A stretch of 64,000 nt of DNA from an uncultured Pseudomonadales bacterium (GTDB lineage: Bacteria > Patescibacteriota > Microgenomatia > UBA1400 > PJMF01): assembly GCA_964432115.1 (NCBI GenBank), contig CAYSMC010000033.1:1123-65122 (forward strand). Direction: 5' to 3'. Of the stretch, positions 47,926 through 56,398 are shown one piece after another (the stretch's first letter is position 1; the number at the start of each line of letters is the position of its first letter). Both the position numbers and the translations under genes were made by a program. The notes under the pieces are model-generated. The model saw only the letters and a program-made list of their open reading frames with translations. It searched no databases and was not told the DNA's origin.

Positions 47926-47950
47926 TTTCTTAATTTGCTATACTAAAGTT

Positions 47951-50092
47951 GTGCTAAAAAACCATCTCTTATTAAAAATTAAAACCAGCAAGGACAGTGA
48001 CGAGACTGAAGAAGCAGCAGTTCAGCTGTTTTCGACTCTTCCCAAGTTAAAAAATAGCTTATTTGACAAGTTGCAGGGCAAGAATGAGAGTTTAAGTTTT
48101 GAAATTTTGGTTAAAGAGCAAAACATTCATTTTCTAGTTCAGGTGCCGGCCAGACTCTTAGAATATTTCAAAGGAGCAATCCAGGCCAGTTATCCTGAGG
48201 CGGTGATTGAAAAAATGATTACTGATCCGGTAGATCTGTTTTTTGCTAAAGATCAGCAATTGACTGTAGCCAGCTTGAAATTAAAAAATCATAGTTACTT
48301 GCCGCTTAAAACCTATCAAGATTTTAGTGAGATCGATCCTTTATCGACGTTGATGTCGACCTTGTCTAAAAATCAAGGGCAGGACGCTATTTTAGTGCAA
48401 GTATTGTTATCTAATGACTTGGGTTTAATGTTGGGAAAGCAAAGTTTATCTAGCGAAGACTTAGTTGATCACCCTCAACAAGCTTTAATTAAGCAAAAAA
48501 TGGAACAGCGCCAATTAAGAGCTGCTTTTAAAATTGCGGTAGTGACTGATGATAAAAAAAGAAGCAAACTGCTGTTAAGCAATATTGCCGCTGCTTATCA
48601 AGCCACCTCCAAAAGTGAAAGCAATGAGTTGGCTTTAAAAAAATGCCATTTATTTAAAAAATGCTTTTTAAAAAGCATGAAAAAGCGCAGTTTGAAGATG
48701 TCTCCTAGTTTGATTTTAAGTGTTGATGAATTGGCTACGCTTTATCATTTTCCTAGCCAAAAATTAAGTAATATTAAGAATATTTCCTGGGGTAAGAAAA
48801 TCCTTGGTGAAGCGCCAGATAATTTACCGATAGTTAGTGCTGACAGTTCAGATAAAACTAAAAACGAAATTAATATTATTGGCGAGACTGTTTATAAAAA
48901 TCGCTCTGTCAAATATGGCTTATTAAATGCTGATCGGCGTCGTCATGTCTATGTGATTGGTAAAACTGGTACTGGTAAATCTACTTTGTTGGCTAACATG
49001 GCCATTAATGATCTCAAGCACAATAAGGGCTTGTGTGTTATTGATCCGCATGGGGATTTAGTTGAAACCTTACTAGATTATATTCCCAAGCATCGCATTA
49101 ATGACGTGGTTTATTTTGATCCAGCCGATACTGAGCGAACGGTGCAAATTAACCTCTTTGAGGGGGAGAATGTTGTTCACCGCGAGCTAATTGCGTCTGG
49201 AATAATTTCTGTCTTTAAAAAACTTTATGGTTACTCTTGGGGGCCAAGACTTGAGTATATTTTGCGCAATTGTCTGCTAACTTTATTAAAAAGCGAAAAA
49301 GCCAAGTTATCTGACGTTGTAGATCTGCTAACCGATGAAAAATTCCGCGAAAAAGTTATCAGCAAACTTAATGATCCAATTCTCAAAAACTTTTGGGTCA
49401 ATGAATATAACAAAATGCACGATCGCCAGCGCCAAGAACAGATTGCTTCAATCCTCAACAAAGTTGGTCAATTTGTCTCTTCGCCACTGGTGCGCAATGT
49501 GGTTAATACCACCCAGTCTTCTTTTAGCATTGAACAATTAATGGACGAGGGCAAGATTTTATTGATTAATTTATCTCAAGGACGTTTGGGTGAGGATAAT
49601 GCCACTCTGTTGGGGGCAATGATGATTACTAAAATTCAATTAGCGGCCATGGCTAGAGTCAATACTAGTGAAGAAAAGCGCCGAGATTTTTATCTTTATG
49701 TTGATGAGTTTCAAAATTTTGCTACCGATGCTTTTGTCAAAATTTTGTCTGAAGCCCGTAAGTATCGACTTAATTTAATTTTGGCTAACCAATATATTGA
49801 TCAAATTCCTGAGGAAGTGCGCAATGCTATTTTTGGTAACTGTGGCAATATTATTAGTTTTGTGATGGGGGCTGGTGATGCTAACTATTTTCAAGCTGAA
49901 TATGGTGGACTTTATACTCAAGATGATTTGCTTAATTTAGATAAATATCAAGTCATTAATAAAATTTCGATTGATAATGTGCTGAGTCGACCCTTTCCTG
50001 CCTATACTTTACCTTTGGCGAGCAGTAAAAACCAAAATCGAGCAAAGGTGATTCGCAATAGTCGGGAACGCTACGCTAAAAAAAAATATTAG
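47951..50092 (+). CDS. P-loop ATPase of the TraD/VirD4/HerA (type IV secretion system DNA-binding / DUF87) superfamily with a roughly 300-aa N-terminal domain of unknown function
   Basis: Walker A YVIGKTGTGKST followed by VIDPHGD, Walker B LYVDEFQNFA, and a C-terminal RKYRLNLILANQ sensor region. No TM segments. GTG start. Confidence 0.6.
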   Translation: MLKNHLLLKIKTSKDSDETEEAAVQLFSTLPKLKNSLFDKLQGKNESLSFEILVKEQNIHFLVQVPARLLEYFKGAIQASYPEAVIEKMITDPVDLFFAKDQQLTVASLKLKNHSYLPLKTYQDFSEIDPLSTLMSTLSKNQGQDAILVQVLLSNDLGLMLGKQSLSSEDLVDHPQQALIKQKMEQRQLRAAFKIAVVTDDKKRSKLLLSNIAAAYQATSKSESNELALKKCHLFKKCFLKSMKKRSLKMSPSLILSVDELATLYHFPSQKLSNIKNISWGKKILGEAPDNLPIVSADSSDKTKNEINIIGETVYKNRSVKYGLLNADRRRHVYVIGKTGTGKSTLLANMAINDLKHNKGLCVIDPHGDLVETLLDYIPKHRINDVVYFDPADTERTVQINLFEGENVVHRELIASGIISVFKKLYGYSWGPRLEYILRNCLLTLLKSEKAKLSDVVDLLTDEKFREKVISKLNDPILKNFWVNEYNKMHDRQRQEQIASILNKVGQFVSSPLVRNVVNTTQSSFSIEQLMDEGKILLINLSQGRLGEDNATLLGAMMITKIQLAAMARVNTSEEKRRDFYLYVDEFQNFATDAFVKILSEARKYRLNLILANQYIDQIPEEVRNAIFGNCGNIISFVMGAGDANYFQAEYGGLYTQDDLLNLDKYQVINKISIDNVLSRPFPAYTLPLASSKNQNRAKVIRNSRERYAKKKY

Positions 50093-50390
50093 TGAACAAG
50101 TATCTTCCAGTAATCGCCAAAAAAACGTTGAGCCTTGGTGGGTTTATATAGTTGAGTGCAGTGATGGCTCTTACTATACGGGTATTAGTAATAATATTAA
50201 TAAGAGACTGAATAAACACAATTTGGGCAATGGAGCTAAATATACCAAACTAAGAAAACCCGTTGCTTTAGTTTACTTTGAAAAACATGCTGATCGATCA
50301 ACTGCGGCCAAGAGAGAATATCAAATCAAACAGCTGACCCGTCAAGAAAAAGAACAACTAGTTGTTGGTTTTTTATACACTAAGCTTTGA
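50093..50390 (+). pseudogene. GIY-YIG nuclease-family small protein (UPF0213/YhbQ-like), frameshifted in an A7 run (50119-50125); GTG start directly after the ATPase stop
   Basis: Frame 0 encodes EPWWVYIVECSDGSYYTGISNNINKRLNKHNLGNGAKYTKLRKPVALVYFEKHADRSTAAKREYQIKQLTRQEKEQL, with the GIY-YIG core (YIV...YTG, R..KH, E). A plausible N-terminus MNKYLPVIAKK sits in frame +1 from the GTG at 50093. One extra A joins the two frames. Confidence 0.55.
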
Positions 50391-51327
50391 TTTTCTTTTT
50401 GACTCCCTCATATAGAGCCTCAGTCATCTTGTTTAAATCAAACTGTTCTTGCCAGCCCCAATCTTCACGTGCCACGTTGTCGTCTATAGTTTTTGGCCAA
50501 CTATCAGCAATCGCTTGTGTGTGGTTGGGTTGATAATCAACCGTAAAATCTGCTTGTATCTTTTGAATGGCGGCAACTAACTCAGCTGGGGTGAAGCTAA
50601 TGGCACTAAAATTATAACTGGTACGCACGGTCAAATTTTCAGCTGGTGCCTCCATGAGTTTAATAGTACCCTCAATAGCATCATCCATATACATCATTGG
50701 TAGGCGAGTGTCTGGTTTAAGTGGGCAAACGTAGTGACCCTCTTTGATGGCGGCATAAAAAATGTGAATAGCATATTCAGTAGTGCCATCTCCTGGATCA
50801 GCCTGATAACCGTTTAAGCCCGGATAACGGAGACTGCGAAAATCAACCCCATATTTAAGATGATAATATTGACCCAGTAGCTCTCCTGCCACCTTATTTA
50901 CTCCATACATGGTCGTTGGTTCTAATACGGTGTGTTGGGGGGTGTTTTGCGTGGGTGTAGTCGGTCCAAAAGCGGCAATTGATGATGGCCAAAAGACTTT
51001 TAGTTGATATTTAACCGCTAAGTCTAAAATATTTTTCAATCCGCCCATATTAACATTCCAAGCTAGTTGAGGATTTTTTTCACCGCCAACTGATAAAATG
51101 CCGGCTAAATGATAAATCGTGTCAATCTGATATTGCTCAATTAATTCTTCTAAATGCGCCAGATCAGTAACATCACCTTTTTCTAAAATACCAATAAAAT
51201 TATCAGTCAGAGTTTTTCTAGCTAAGGCAACAACTCTATCCTGACCATACTTTTTTTGTAGAGCAGGTACTAATTCTGAACCAACTAACCCAAAAGCTCC
51301 AGTTACCAAAATCTTATTTTTTGTCAT
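50380..51327 (-). CDS. tdh: NAD-dependent epimerase/dehydratase-fold L-threonine 3-dehydrogenase-like enzyme
   Basis: Rossmann motif VTGAFGLVGSELVPAL. The pattern ILSVGGEKNPQLAWNVNMGGLKNILDLA...VFWPSSIAAFGP closely matches SDR-type L-threonine dehydrogenases. Confidence 0.7.
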   Translation of the reverse strand: MTKNKILVTGAFGLVGSELVPALQKKYGQDRVVALARKTLTDNFIGILEKGDVTDLAHLEELIEQYQIDTIYHLAGILSVGGEKNPQLAWNVNMGGLKNILDLAVKYQLKVFWPSSIAAFGPTTPTQNTPQHTVLEPTTMYGVNKVAGELLGQYYHLKYGVDFRSLRYPGLNGYQADPGDGTTEYAIHIFYAAIKEGHYVCPLKPDTRLPMMYMDDAIEGTIKLMEAPAENLTVRTSYNFSAISFTPAELVAAIQKIQADFTVDYQPNHTQAIADSWPKTIDDNVAREDWGWQEQFDLNKMTEALYEGVKKKIKA

Positions 51328-51430
51328 ATAAAATAAAGATAGGCGACAAAGTAGCTTTGGTCAAGAATTAAAGCTGTGTTTTTTCATCAAAAGATTGGAT
51401 AAAATAATCCAATTTGGCAAATCTCTCAAT

Positions 51431-52615
51431 TTAAATACTGTTTTTTTCTAATTTAACCCGCAGTGTCTGTTTTTCACCCTCTCTCCAGATCTCTAGCTCT
51501 ACTTCACTACCAACGCGAATTTCGTTAAGTAATTTGGGGAGAGTTTCAGCTTCTGTAATTTTTTGACCATTAAATTTAATAATGATGTCACCAGCCCGTA
51601 AACCGGCTTGATCAGCATTAGAGTCTTTGAATACCTCTTGAATATAGGCGCCTTGTGGTACTTCATTGACGAGAGCAGCTTTCTCGGAAATTAAAGTATA
51701 TGACACTCCCAAAACAGCTCGATCAAATTCGCCAGTAGCCTTAAAATTTTCAAGAGAGTTTTTGACGATATTGATAGGTAAGGCAAAACCAATGTTATCA
51801 GCACCGGCAGAAGTAGCAACATTGACTGCTATTACTTCACCTCGAGCGTTGATTAATGGTCCACCAGAATTGCCAGGATTAATGGCGGCATCTGTTTGAA
51901 TAATATTATCTAAATTTTCTTGTTGACCACCAAAAGCATTACTGGTGGTAATCCCACGACCAACTCCTGAAATAATACCTCTAGTGACAGTGTTGCGAAA
52001 CTCGCCAAGAGCGGTGCCAATAGCGATCACCGATTCTCCAATTTGAATCTGATCCGAGTCTCCGAGTTTTAATGCGGGTAAGTTCAACTCCTTTACCGCC
52101 AAAATTGCTAAATCATTTATTGGATCGCGATAAATATCACTAACTTGATAAACCCGATCTTCATAATCATAAACTAAGTAGTTGAGATTAAAGTCACTAA
52201 CCACATGTCGATTGGTTATGACAAATAATCGATTATTTTCTTCAGCCAAAACTACAAAACCAGTGCCAATGTCTTGCTCGATGGTTGCAAAATCATCGGC
52301 ATTGGGTTGTTGATAAAACTGTTTAAATAAAGAGCCAAAACCAAAGGGATTAAAACTGGAACTACTAGGTTGAAGCACACTTTTCTCTGCACTAATAGTC
52401 ACCACTGACGGACCAACGGTTTTCACTACTTCGCTAATACTCAACTGATCATCACTAAAACTAGTGATTTGTTGTTTGGTTTCCGAGTTTTTAAATTGAT
52501 TATTTTTTTCAAGAAAATTTGGTAAAAGTTTTTCTATTTGATCAGTACTGCTTAGATAAACACCGCCAGTAAAGGCAAGCAAGATTAATATGATCAAAAC
52601 AATAGTTTTTTTCAT
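51431..52615 (-). CDS. htrA: HtrA/DegP-family serine protease (trypsin domain + PDZ)
   Basis: N-terminal TM anchor, catalytic His/Asp/Ser (GNSGGPLIN), and a C-terminal PDZ domain. Confidence 0.85.
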   Translation of the reverse strand: MKKTIVLIILILLAFTGGVYLSSTDQIEKLLPNFLEKNNQFKNSETKQQITSFSDDQLSISEVVKTVGPSVVTISAEKSVLQPSSSSFNPFGFGSLFKQFYQQPNADDFATIEQDIGTGFVVLAEENNRLFVITNRHVVSDFNLNYLVYDYEDRVYQVSDIYRDPINDLAILAVKELNLPALKLGDSDQIQIGESVIAIGTALGEFRNTVTRGIISGVGRGITTSNAFGGQQENLDNIIQTDAAINPGNSGGPLINARGEVIAVNVATSAGADNIGFALPINIVKNSLENFKATGEFDRAVLGVSYTLISEKAALVNEVPQGAYIQEVFKDSNADQAGLRAGDIIIKFNGQKITEAETLPKLLNEIRVGSEVELEIWREGEKQTLRVKLEKNSI

Positions 52616-52648
52616 AGTTCTGGCTCCTTAATTAATTAATTTTAATAA

Positions 52649-53065
52649 TTAATCATTTTTCTCAGCAATTTTAAGCTTTTTGGGTTCAGCAATTTTTTGT
52701 TTCTTAAATTTAATTTTAAGAATGCCCTTGCTTAACTCAGCTTGGGGTTCGCTTTGCTGATCGATTTGGCCGGGAACTGCAACCTTGTAGGAATAGCTCC
52801 AGTTAGCCTTGGAATAATGCTTTTTATCTTTGTGGCCTTCTTCTTTTTCGGCTTCAGCCTTAATCCAAAGTACACCTTTGTTAAAGCTTAGATCAATTTG
52901 GTCAGCTTTGACTCCAGCTACATTGGCTTCAACCACCACCTGATTATCTTTTTCATAGATGTTAAGGTGTTGACGCTGATTGCTGTCATGCAGAAAATCA
53001 TCTTCCCAAACGTCTGGCCAACTATCCAATAAAGATTGGTAGGGACGCCATTGAATTAGATTCAT
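52649..53065 (-). CDS. Hsp20 / alpha-crystallin family small heat-shock protein
   Basis: Alpha-crystallin domain pattern (HLNIYEKDNQVVVEANVAGVKADQIDLSF...GVLWIKAE...AVPGQID...AELSKGILKIKF). RBS AAAGGAG upstream. Confidence 0.85.
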   Translation of the reverse strand: MNLIQWRPYQSLLDSWPDVWEDDFLHDSNQRQHLNIYEKDNQVVVEANVAGVKADQIDLSFNKGVLWIKAEAEKEEGHKDKKHYSKANWSYSYKVAVPGQIDQQSEPQAELSKGILKIKFKKQKIAEPKKLKIAEKND

Positions 53066-53103
53066 GATTTCACTCCTTTCTTTAATTAACTAATAATCTG
53101 TTT

Positions 53104-53130
53104 TTAGCAGTCATCTTTTACGACTGCTAA
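53104..53130. promoter_or_regulatory. CIRCE-like inverted repeat TTAGCAGTC-N9-GACTGCTAA (HrcA-operator-like) in the hsp20-htrA promoter region
   Basis: Differs from the CIRCE consensus TTAGCACTC-N9-GAGTGCTAA by one compensatory change per arm. On the minus strand it lies between a TTGACA-like -35 (complement of 53155-53160) and the RBS/ATG of hsp20. It also overlaps the divergent promoter (TATAAT 53132-53137) of gene 53176. Confidence 0.55.
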
Positions 53131-53175
53131 GTATAATTTAACAATTGAATAAAAAATTGTCAAGGGTTTTTATTA

Positions 53176-53706
53176 ATGATTAAATTCAGCTCATATTTTT
53201 TGTTAGCTGTGTTACAATTTTGCTCTATGGTTAAAAGGAATTCTGCAAAAATTTTATCAATTTTAATGGGTTTGACTGGCGGATTAGTGGTTATTTTTTT
53301 CATTTTAGCTTCTTTATTTCCTGATCTAGATTTACCAACTCTGAGTGATTTGTTAAAGCAAAACAATAATCAAGAAAATAATTTAGAGCAAGTTATAGAT
53401 CACAATGAAAATGCTTTAGAATCAATTGAGTTAATAGCTGACGAAGCCAAGCTAATTGCTTTAACTGCCACCGAAGATAACACTCAAGCTTGGGAATTAT
53501 TAATTAATAATCATCAAATTATTTATCAAGAGTATGACTCTGGTATCTTTTTAGAAGGCATTGATGGTTTAAAAAGTGATCAACAACATTTTTGGGCAAT
53601 CTATGTCAATGGAGGAAAAAGCGAACTAGGAATTTCTGACACTATTCTGAATGAAGGTGATCTACTTGAATTAAAATATGAAGCAATTGAAGAATCATTT
53701 AATTAG
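53176..53706 (+). CDS. DUF4430-domain secreted/anchored protein (putative transcobalamin-like ligand-binding protein often paired with ECF-type transporters)
   Basis: N-terminal TM/signal (ILSILMGLTGGLVVIFFILASLF) and a C-terminal DUF4430-like core (IFLEGIDGL...WAIYVNGGKSELGISDTILNEGDLLELKYE). Confidence 0.5.
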   Translation: MIKFSSYFLLAVLQFCSMVKRNSAKILSILMGLTGGLVVIFFILASLFPDLDLPTLSDLLKQNNNQENNLEQVIDHNENALESIELIADEAKLIALTATEDNTQAWELLINNHQIIYQEYDSGIFLEGIDGLKSDQQHFWAIYVNGGKSELGISDTILNEGDLLELKYEAIEESFN

Positions 53707-54166
53707 TACTGTGGGGGTTTTGGCCATTAGAATTGGCAAAATTTTGCCAGCCAACTTTAGTCCTCTCGGATCTTTTGGCTTTTTTTCCAGTAATCCAAGT
53801 TTTTATTTTTTATCAATTTTGCTTTTTGATTATTTTTTTGGCGGTTTTTATCAGGGACAGATTTGGGTTTATCTGGCTTTTAGTATTTATCCACTATTTG
53901 GCTATATAAGTCGCGACAAAATTAAGAAACAAGTGCTCTTGCTACCTCTGGCCTCTCTTTTGTTTTTCTTAATTTCTAACTTTGGGGTATGGCTGAATTG
54001 GTATCCTAAAAATATTGAGGGATTAATTCGATGCTACATATTGGCTTTACCCTTTTACGGACGCACCTTGATGGGTGATTTAATTTTTGGCTATGTTTAT
54101 TTAATTTTTAAAAAATACAAAATAGTGAAAAAGAGCGCTAGATTTTTGATTGAGAATTCTAACTAG
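53678..54166 (+). CDS. small polytopic membrane protein (5 TM), ECF-transporter S-component-like
   Basis: Hydrophobic 150-160-aa ORF immediately downstream of the DUF4430 gene. The start may be the GTG at 53714. Family assignment is tentative. Confidence 0.4.
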   Translation: MKQLKNHLISTVGVLAIRIGKILPANFSPLGSFGFFSSNPSFYFLSILLFDYFFGGFYQGQIWVYLAFSIYPLFGYISRDKIKKQVLLLPLASLLFFLISNFGVWLNWYPKNIEGLIRCYILALPFYGRTLMGDLIFGYVYLIFKKYKIVKKSARFLIENSN

Positions 54167-54168
54167 TT

Positions 54169-54510
54169 TTATTTCTTTTTATCTAATTTTTCTAAACCCA
54201 AACCTTTAACACCAAAATAAACTACTGCAGCTATAATTGTAAAATTAATTAAAGTGGCAATAAAATTACCCCAAGCAACTTCAGCCGAACCGATTTGCCA
54301 AACTGCTTGAGAAAAATCTACTTTACCCAGCAATAAACCTAAAAGAGGATTGATTAAATCATTAACGATTGAATCAACGACTGAACGAATTGACCCACCT
54401 AAAATAAAACCGATGGCTAAACCAACCACACCCTGATTGCGAATAAATTCTAAAAAACCCAAGGCTGGTTTTTTGACAATGTTTTTAGGTTTAATTTTAT
54501 TTTGATTCAT
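54169..54510 (-). CDS. mscL: large-conductance mechanosensitive channel
   Basis: FLEFIRNQGVVGLAIGFILGGSIRSVVDSIVNDLINPLLG is the canonical MscL TM1/TM2 pattern. Confidence 0.85.
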   Translation of the reverse strand: MNQNKIKPKNIVKKPALGFLEFIRNQGVVGLAIGFILGGSIRSVVDSIVNDLINPLLGLLLGKVDFSQAVWQIGSAEVAWGNFIATLINFTIIAAVVYFGVKGLGLEKLDKKK

Positions 54511-54580
54511 ATAAAGACATTATAACAAATCTGATTCATATTTTCTTATTTTAGTATTGAGATATAATTAACGACTAATT

Positions 54581-55570
54581 ATGCTAACCACACCCGTTAG
54601 TAAATTAGCAATTAAGAAAATTGCTATTTTATATTCTGATGCTAAGCGTCAGTATTTTCCCACTGAACAGCTATATATTACTGAAGCTGAGGTCAAAGGG
54701 CGGGCTCAACTTATTGCTAAAATTTTGAAAAAGAAAGGTTTTTTGGTCGAACTTTTTCCCGGTGATGCTTGTTTACACGAGGCTTTATTAAAATTTAAAC
54801 CAGATAGAGTAATTAATTTGGTGGATTCAGTTTATGGCAAAGAGTATTTGGCTGGTACTATTCCAGCCACCTTAGAACTTTTGCAAATTCCTTATACTGG
54901 CAGTGGTATGTTAGCGATTTCAATTAACGCCAATAAGTATTTAAGTAAATCTTTGTTAGAACAATATGGAGTTACCACTCCCAAGTACCAATTAATTAGG
55001 CATTCCGCAGACGAAATCGATGAGGAATTAGATTTTCCCTTGTTTGTTAAACTTAATGAAAATCATGGCTCTCTAGAAGTTTCAGATGTATCGGTATGTT
55101 TTGATGAAAAAATGGCCAAAAAACAAATCGATTATTTATATAAAACCTATCAACAGCCGATTTTGCTAGAGGAATTTATTGCTGGTAGAGAAATTACAGT
55201 GGTTTTGGTTGAAGGTGGTAATATTAAAATTTATGCGGCTGAAAAAATTTTTCATCGTTCTAGTGACGATCCATTCAAAAAAATTGTTACTTTTGATGAT
55301 AATTGGGTATCGGCAGAAGAAACTATTACTTATCAAAAATATGAATTACCCGACTCAGTTAAAAAAGCGGCCAAAACTGCTTTCAACATTTTAAAAATTG
55401 AAGATTATGCAAAATTTGATTTTCGTTTAGATGAGGCCGGACGTCATTATTTAATTGATGTCAACGTCAATCCTGCGCTTGGTCCAAGTGAAACTTGCGC
55501 TATTGCTAGCATTTTAGAACTTTATGGTGTTTCTTTTTATACTTTATTGGATAGGTTGATTAACAACTAG
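54581..55570 (+). CDS. ddl: D-alanine--D-alanine ligase family ATP-grasp enzyme
   Basis: ATP-grasp motifs (FPLFVKLNENHGSLEVSDV, LEEFIAGREITVVLV, DFRLDEAGRHYLIDVNVNPALGP) with a Ddl-type N-terminal domain. Confidence 0.7.
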   Translation: MLTTPVSKLAIKKIAILYSDAKRQYFPTEQLYITEAEVKGRAQLIAKILKKKGFLVELFPGDACLHEALLKFKPDRVINLVDSVYGKEYLAGTIPATLELLQIPYTGSGMLAISINANKYLSKSLLEQYGVTTPKYQLIRHSADEIDEELDFPLFVKLNENHGSLEVSDVSVCFDEKMAKKQIDYLYKTYQQPILLEEFIAGREITVVLVEGGNIKIYAAEKIFHRSSDDPFKKIVTFDDNWVSAEETITYQKYELPDSVKKAAKTAFNILKIEDYAKFDFRLDEAGRHYLIDVNVNPALGPSETCAIASILELYGVSFYTLLDRLINN

Positions 55571-55573
55571 CTT

Positions 55574-56317
55574 GTGTCTAAAAGCATTTCTTATCACATC
55601 AAAAAAGTAGATGATTATTGTTTGAGAGATAATCGCTGGTTATCGTTGGATTGGCGGTTGCGCACAGACAATTTAATTCAATTAGAGAAAGAATTACAAG
55701 AGGCGAGGCTGTATGCCAAAAAAAAATTTGTTAATAAAATTGAAATTTTATTAACTGTTAAAATACCAGATCGCTTAAGTGAATTTTTATACAGGCAAAC
55801 TTTTAAACCGGCTTTGGTTGAATTAAAATTTGATTTGGAAAAATTTGTTCAGTCATCATTTGTTATTCCCAATCTAAATTTTACTACTCAGATTAAAAAT
55901 AAAAATTTGTTAAAGAAATTATTGCTTGAACAAGCTAGTTTTCATTATCAAAATTTACCAGATTATTATTTGTCTCCACAGGAAATCAATTGGTTTTTTT
56001 ATTTGAGGCAAATTAACATAGACGCCACAAAGGAGAATGGTTTATGCTATTTAATTCAAGATAAAAAATGTTTCAGCGCTTTGGTTTTGGGAGAATATTT
56101 AGCTAAAACTGCTTTTATTTGGGAATTGGTAGTTAGTCAGGAAAAACGCCAGTTTCATTTAGGAACTTTTTTGCTTAATCAATATTTAGCCAAGCTAAAG
56201 ATTCTAGGTGTAACGAGAATTTATTTAGAAACGATGACTGAGTCTTATGCTAGAAGTTGGTATCAACATCAGGGATTTATTGACGTTAGTCAATCTTGGT
56301 TTTGTCGGTTAAAATAG
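55574..56317 (+). CDS. hypothetical protein with a GNAT-like C-terminal acetyltransferase fold
   Basis: The C-terminal 100 aa (ALVLGEYLAKTAFIWELVVSQEKRQFHLGTFLLNQYLAKLKILGVTRIYLETMTESYARSWYQHQGF) match GNAT motifs A/B. GTG start. Confidence 0.4.
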   Translation: MSKSISYHIKKVDDYCLRDNRWLSLDWRLRTDNLIQLEKELQEARLYAKKKFVNKIEILLTVKIPDRLSEFLYRQTFKPALVELKFDLEKFVQSSFVIPNLNFTTQIKNKNLLKKLLLEQASFHYQNLPDYYLSPQEINWFFYLRQINIDATKENGLCYLIQDKKCFSALVLGEYLAKTAFIWELVVSQEKRQFHLGTFLLNQYLAKLKILGVTRIYLETMTESYARSWYQHQGFIDVSQSWFCRLK

Positions 56318-56398
56318 TTTAATCTGCAAAAAAAAACTTATTTATTCGTCCTGATCTCAATTGCCTTTTTTAGTCTCATTTATTTATTAATAATTGCG

